Shown here in pieces: positions 60,181-64,000 of a stretch of DNA of 64,000 bases. Each line of letters begins with the position of its first letter. Within the stretch, counting starts at the first letter, position 1. The DNA lies in NCBI GenBank assembly GCA_020053305.1, contig JAGVNJ010000050.1:368-64367 (forward strand). Direction: 5' to 3'. The stretch is from Candidatus Edwardsbacteria bacterium. Its GTDB lineage: Bacteria; Edwardsbacteria; AC1; EtOH8. A program made the position numbers and the translations under genes. A model generated the notes under the pieces. The model saw only the letters and a program-made list of their open reading frames with translations, did no database searches and was not told where the DNA came from.

Positions 60181-60640
60181 AACAATCCGCAGATTACGCA
60201 GATGATCACAGATAAAGCTAAAAGCAAGGGTACTGATAAAAGGGATTTAGAGACCTATGCAATCATCGGTGCGGCTATGGCGGTACATAAAGAGCTGGGG
60301 AATGGTTTCTTAGAGCCGGTTTATCAGGAAGCTTTAGCAATCGAAATGAAAAAGCTTGATATTCCGTACCAGAGAGAAGCCAGCCTGCCTGTATTTTATC
60401 AGGGGAAACAGTTGAATGTATCGTATCGGGCTGATTTTATTTGCTTTGGCACTATAATTCTAGAATTAAAAGCATTGTCAAATATGAGCGGCACGGAAGA
60501 ATCTCAAGTGATAAATTATCTAAAAGCTACCGGACTTAAGAAAGCTTTATTGCTTAATTTCGGTAAACCAAGTTTAGACTATAAACGTTTTGTCTTAAGT
60601 TAGTGAATCTGTGGCAATCTGTGTAATCTGCGGATTAATA
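60181..60640 (+). mobile_element. Inverted-repeat-bracketed mini-element carrying a GxxExxY gene
   Basis: Left arm AATCCGCAGATTACGCAGATGATCACAGAT (60183-60212). Reverse complement of the right arm AATCCGCAGATTACACAGATTGCCACAGATTC (60607-60638). About 27 of 30 positions match. Confidence 0.5.
60202..60603 (+). CDS. GxxExxY family protein (PD-(D/E)xK nuclease-like)
   Basis: Literal family signature G-F-L-E-P-V-Y in ...HKELGNGFLEPVYQEALAIEM..., plus the downstream ADFICFGTIILELK core. 133 aa, typical size. Confidence 0.8.
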   Translation: MITDKAKSKGTDKRDLETYAIIGAAMAVHKELGNGFLEPVYQEALAIEMKKLDIPYQREASLPVFYQGKQLNVSYRADFICFGTIILELKALSNMSGTEESQVINYLKATGLKKALLLNFGKPSLDYKRFVLS

Positions 60641-60653
60641 TTAAAGGAAAGAG

Positions 60654-60926
60654 ATGAACTGGAAGATATTCGGGATGGCCTTCCTGACCCTGTTCCTGGC
60701 CGAGCTGGGCGACAAGACCCAGCTGGCGGTCATCACCATGAGCGCCGAGTCCAAAAGCTGGCTGTCGGTGTTTCTGGGCGGCAGCCTGGCTCTGATCTGC
60801 GTGACCCTGATCGGGGCGCTGTTCGGCCAGGCCATCATCAAGGTGATCCCCCAGAACATTATGCACTACATCGCCGGGGGGCTGTTCATCGTGATGGGCG
60901 TCCTGGCCATACTGGGGAAACTATAA
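60654..60926 (+). CDS. UPF0016 (GDT1/TMEM165/MneA-like) half-size cation transporter
   Basis: E-x-G-D-K-T signature (AELGDKTQLAV), three TM segments, 90 aa. Single-domain bacterial form. Confidence 0.7.
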   Translation: MNWKIFGMAFLTLFLAELGDKTQLAVITMSAESKSWLSVFLGGSLALICVTLIGALFGQAIIKVIPQNIMHYIAGGLFIVMGVLAILGKL

Positions 60927-61035
60927 ATCCGGTGTCATGCCTGCGGAGGCAGGCATCCATGGATCAGCGTCAGTGTTTTTCCTGGAGTCCAGCCTACGCT
61001 GGAATGACCACAAGGCCGGGGAATGACAGTCATTA
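60927..61035. repeat. Second copy of the GGAATGAC-core hairpin repeat
   Basis: GTCATGCCTGC-ggag-GCAGGCATCC perfect hairpin, then GGAATGACCACAAGGCCGGGGAATGACAGTCATT. Shares the GGGAATGACA/GTCAT core with 54960-55150. Confidence 0.55.
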
Positions 61036-61055
61036 TTATTTTGAAAGGATAGAGG

Positions 61056-62225
61056 ATGAAGTTTGCAGCCAAGATGGAGAAACTGAAGGTCGAGACCGCC
61101 TTCGAGATGATGGCCAAGGCCAAGAAACTGGAGGCCGATGGCAAGAAGATCATCCACCTGGAGATCGGCGAGCCGGATTTTGACACCCCCAAGAACATCA
61201 AAGAGGCCGCCAAGAAGGCCCTGGATGCCGGCCAGACCCACTACGGGCCCTCGGCCGGCCTGCCCGAGCACCGCAAGGCCATCGCCGAGTATTATTCCCA
61301 GCAGATCGGCGTCCCCTACGGGCCGGAGAACGTGGTGGTGACCCCGGGCGCCAAGCCCATCATGTCCTTCGCCATCACCGCCCTGTTGGAGGAGGGCGAC
61401 GAATGCCTGGTGCCGGATCCCGGCTTTCCCATCTACCAGTCCATGGTCAAGTTCAACGGCGGGGTGCCGGTTCCGCTGCCGCTCCGGGAGGAGAACGATT
61501 TCCGGCTGGACGTCAATGAGCTGAAATCCAAGATCACCAAGAAGACCAAGCTGATCATCATCAACTCGCCCCATAATCCCACCGGGGGTATTTTGACCAA
61601 GGAAGATCTGAAGGCGGTGGCCGATATATCCGTCAACCATGACATCCCGGTGCTGTCCGATGAGATCTACGACCGGATGATCTACGATGGCAAATTCGAG
61701 AGCATCGCCCAGTTTCCCGGCATGAAGGAGCGGACCATCATCCTGAACGGCTACTCCAAGACCTACGCCATGACCGGCTGGCGGGTGGGCTACGGACTGA
61801 TGCCGGTGGAGCTGGTGGAGCACATGGCCCAGCTGATGACCAACATCAACTCCTGCACCGCCACCTTCAGCCAGATCGCCTGCATCGAAGCCCTGAAGGG
61901 GCCGCAGGACGAGGTGGACGCCATGCTGGCCGAGTTCAAGAAGCGGCGCAATTTCATAGTCAAGGGCCTCAACCAGATACCGGGCCTTTCCTGCCGGATG
62001 CCGGCCGGGGCCTTTTACGCCTTCGTCAACATCAAAAAGACCGGGATGACCTCCAAGCAGATGACCGAGTTCCTGCTGACCGAGGCCGGGGTCTGCGCCC
62101 TGGGCGGGTCCAACTTCGGGGCGGCCGGGGAGGGGTATATCCGCTTTTCCTACGCCAACTCCATAGAGAACATCGGGCAGGCGCTGGAGCAGATAGCCAA
62201 GGCTTTGGCGTCCAGAAAACAATAA
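61056..62225 (+). CDS. Pyridoxal-phosphate-dependent aminotransferase, class I/II (aspartate/aromatic aminotransferase-like)
   Basis: Conserved NSPHNPTGG block and the YSKTYAMTGWRVGY PLP-lysine region. Confidence 0.85.
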   Translation: MKFAAKMEKLKVETAFEMMAKAKKLEADGKKIIHLEIGEPDFDTPKNIKEAAKKALDAGQTHYGPSAGLPEHRKAIAEYYSQQIGVPYGPENVVVTPGAKPIMSFAITALLEEGDECLVPDPGFPIYQSMVKFNGGVPVPLPLREENDFRLDVNELKSKITKKTKLIIINSPHNPTGGILTKEDLKAVADISVNHDIPVLSDEIYDRMIYDGKFESIAQFPGMKERTIILNGYSKTYAMTGWRVGYGLMPVELVEHMAQLMTNINSCTATFSQIACIEALKGPQDEVDAMLAEFKKRRNFIVKGLNQIPGLSCRMPAGAFYAFVNIKKTGMTSKQMTEFLLTEAGVCALGGSNFGAAGEGYIRFSYANSIENIGQALEQIAKALASRKQ

Positions 62226-62242
62226 AAGCTGTTCTTTAACAT

Positions 62243-63364
62243 ATGGAAACCAACTATCTGGCTTGGTTCAAGGCCATCGACATCGCCCTGCAGACACGTA
62301 AGGATTGCTTTCAGTTGCTGTCCAGCAATGTCTACGAGCCCTTGGATATTCTGGAGCGACATATCAAACAGAATTGGGACGAGCTTCGTCGGCTCCAGTC
62401 ATACAACAATGACTGGGGTCATCCGGTTCTTAAACAGAGGATAGCGGCCAGGCATGGGGTCAAGACCGCGGAGATACTGCTGACCAATGGCTGCACCAAC
62501 GCCACCTATCTTTCCATAATCTCCCAGGTCAAGCCGGGCGATGCCGTCATCTGCGAGACCCCGGCCTACCAGCCGATGTGGCAGACCGCCAGACTGTTGG
62601 GAGCAAAGATCAAATGGCTGAAGCGCCGGCCCCCGCACTACCGCGCCGATCCCGATGAACTGGCTGGTCTGGTCGACAAGAAGACCAGCCTGGTGATCCT
62701 GACCAATCTGCACAACCCCAGCGGGGCGCATCTATGCAAAAAGGAATTGGCGGATATTGCCCGGGCGGTGCGGAGGAAGAACAAAAAGACCCGGATCCTG
62801 ATGGACGAAGTGTTCCGCGATTTCGCGCCGGATAAACCGGCCAGCACGGTGGATCCGATATACATCTCCACCGGCAGCCTGTCCAAGGTCTACGGGCTGA
62901 GCCACCTGAAATGTGGTTGGATCCTGGCCGATAAAAAGACCATTGACCGTATCTCTCCGTACTTCGTCCTGTCCGACGGCAACGGCTCGCGTTATCTGGA
63001 GGCCATGTCAGCGGTGGTCTTTGATCATCTCGACCGGTACCTGTCCCGGTCCCAGGATATCGTGGCCCGCAACCGCAAGGAGCTGGTCAAGGCCGCCGGG
63101 CCGCTGATGAAAGAAGGCCTGATCTCGGGGGACATTCCGGACCAAGGCTGCATCTGGTTCCCAAAAGTGGCCGGGTTCAGGAATGCCGATAAACTGTCTG
63201 AGCTGCTGGCCAAGAGACATAAGGTCTATGTGGTGCCGGGCAGATTCTTTGGCGACGCCGGCAGGATAAGGATCGGCTTCGGGGGAGAGTCTGTAACGGT
63301 TTCCCGGAACCTGGAAAAATTCACCAGCGCTTTGCGGTCCGAAGAAAATCATAAAACGAGGTGA
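62243..63364 (+). CDS. Class I/II PLP-dependent aminotransferase, divergent
   Basis: NLHNPSG and SLSKVYGLSHLKCGW (PLP lysine) motifs. Confidence 0.65.
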   Translation: METNYLAWFKAIDIALQTRKDCFQLLSSNVYEPLDILERHIKQNWDELRRLQSYNNDWGHPVLKQRIAARHGVKTAEILLTNGCTNATYLSIISQVKPGDAVICETPAYQPMWQTARLLGAKIKWLKRRPPHYRADPDELAGLVDKKTSLVILTNLHNPSGAHLCKKELADIARAVRRKNKKTRILMDEVFRDFAPDKPASTVDPIYISTGSLSKVYGLSHLKCGWILADKKTIDRISPYFVLSDGNGSRYLEAMSAVVFDHLDRYLSRSQDIVARNRKELVKAAGPLMKEGLISGDIPDQGCIWFPKVAGFRNADKLSELLAKRHKVYVVPGRFFGDAGRIRIGFGGESVTVSRNLEKFTSALRSEENHKTR

Positions 63365-63367
63365 GCC

Positions 63368-63913
63368 ATGCCTAAGACCAAGGGAACCGGAATCGTCTGG
63401 CTGCGCGAACTGATAGAGTATAAAGGGGCTGAGGCCGAACAGCAAATGGCCCAAACGCTCTCGCCTGAGGATTTCAAAAATTACCGGATCGCCATGCCCA
63501 TCAACTGGATCTCCGAGGAATCGGCCACCAACATCTACCGGGCAGCAGGGACCATCCTTTTTGCCGACAAGCCCAATGTGATAGAGGAGGTGGGCCGGGG
63601 GATGGCCAAGAACAACATGACCGGAATCTACAGCATCTTCCTCAAATTCGTCACCATTCCCTTCATGCTCAAGCAGGCCTCCCGGCTGTGGAAGACCTAC
63701 CATGACACCGGAAAAACATCGCTCGAGGAGGCGCCGGGTGAGAACCGGATCACCTTCAAAGTGTCAGAATTTCCCGAACTGCCCAGGGATATGAGGCAGG
63801 TTCTGAGGGGTTATATCCTTGGTCTGTCGGATCTGGTGAAGGCCCAGAACACCCGGGTCGAGCTTGACGAATCAGATCCCCAGGGATGGAAATGGCTCAT
63901 CACCTGGCAGTGA
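63368..63913 (+). CDS. Hypothetical protein
   Basis: 181-aa ORF with coding-like GC3 pattern. No motif recognised. Confidence 0.4.
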   Translation: MPKTKGTGIVWLRELIEYKGAEAEQQMAQTLSPEDFKNYRIAMPINWISEESATNIYRAAGTILFADKPNVIEEVGRGMAKNNMTGIYSIFLKFVTIPFMLKQASRLWKTYHDTGKTSLEEAPGENRITFKVSEFPELPRDMRQVLRGYILGLSDLVKAQNTRVELDESDPQGWKWLITWQ

Positions 63914-64000
63914 AGTCATCTTCAGCCATATAAAATATATTGATAATTGGCCATAAGTTTGATATCATTATCTCTTGGTTGTCAGGTTTTGGTTATTGGA

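Noticed and set aside
60183-60638. CAGAT/ATCTG reiterated motifs considered as a possible CRISPR array
   Set aside because: Only two arms in inverted orientation flanking a protein-coding gene. No regularly spaced direct repeats with unique spacers. No cas genes.

Overview
High-GC (about 60% by eye) bacterial chromosomal segment, almost entirely transcribed on the + strand. No rRNA, tRNA, CRISPR array or obvious IS transposase was seen.

The window has two large modules.

(1) Positions 1-35,900: a very large surface-polysaccharide super-locus.
- Sugar-nucleotide genes: Gmd, an Rmd-like reductase, an RmlC-like cupin, RmlB, a nucleotide-sugar dehydrogenase, a bifunctional PGI/PMI, and a sugar nucleotidyltransferase.
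- A PglC/PglF/PglE/PglD-like di-N-acetyl-bacillosamine-type cassette.
- Export and assembly genes: Wza, two Wzz-like, two Wzx, three Wzy/O-antigen-ligase-family proteins, two initiating phosphoglycosyltransferases, about eleven GT2/GT4 glycosyltransferases, a GNAT, and a SAM methyltransferase.
- The locus ends with metK-ahcY.
- Embedded in it is a sharply AT-rich cassette (about 7,080-12,390) carrying its own wzy-wzx-GT2-GT4. Its left junction lies inside the wzz ORF.

(2) Positions 36,000-57,070: divergent LptF/LptG permeases, then one long + strand array.
- A 1,879-aa signal-peptide-bearing outer-membrane beta-barrel-like giant protein (SprA-like candidate), followed by ComEA.
- Three tandem PilB/GspE-type extension ATPases, each with an N-terminal MshEN-type domain and a tetracysteine motif.
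- PilT and PilC.
- A membrane-anchored sigma-54 enhancer-binding protein that lacks a receiver domain.
- Two type IV pilin genes, each preceded by a recognisable -24/-12 sigma-54 promoter. The first pilin is encoded in-frame behind a 2TM-HAMP-coiled-coil N-terminal extension.
- A strong rho-independent terminator closes the array.

Downstream are an ABC-2 exporter, a GxxExxY (PD-(D/E)xK-like) gene precisely bracketed by ~30-bp inverted repeats, a UPF0016 half-transporter and two class I/II aminotransferases.

Several intergenic regions carry hairpin-rich dispersed repeats (GTCATYCC / GGAATGAC core and CAGAT-reiterated motifs).

The most interesting candidate system is the secretin-less, sigma-54-driven pilus/competence-like array with triple MshEN-PilB paralogs, a one-component membrane EBP and a HAMP-prepilin fusion, coupled to ComEA and a giant OM protein.
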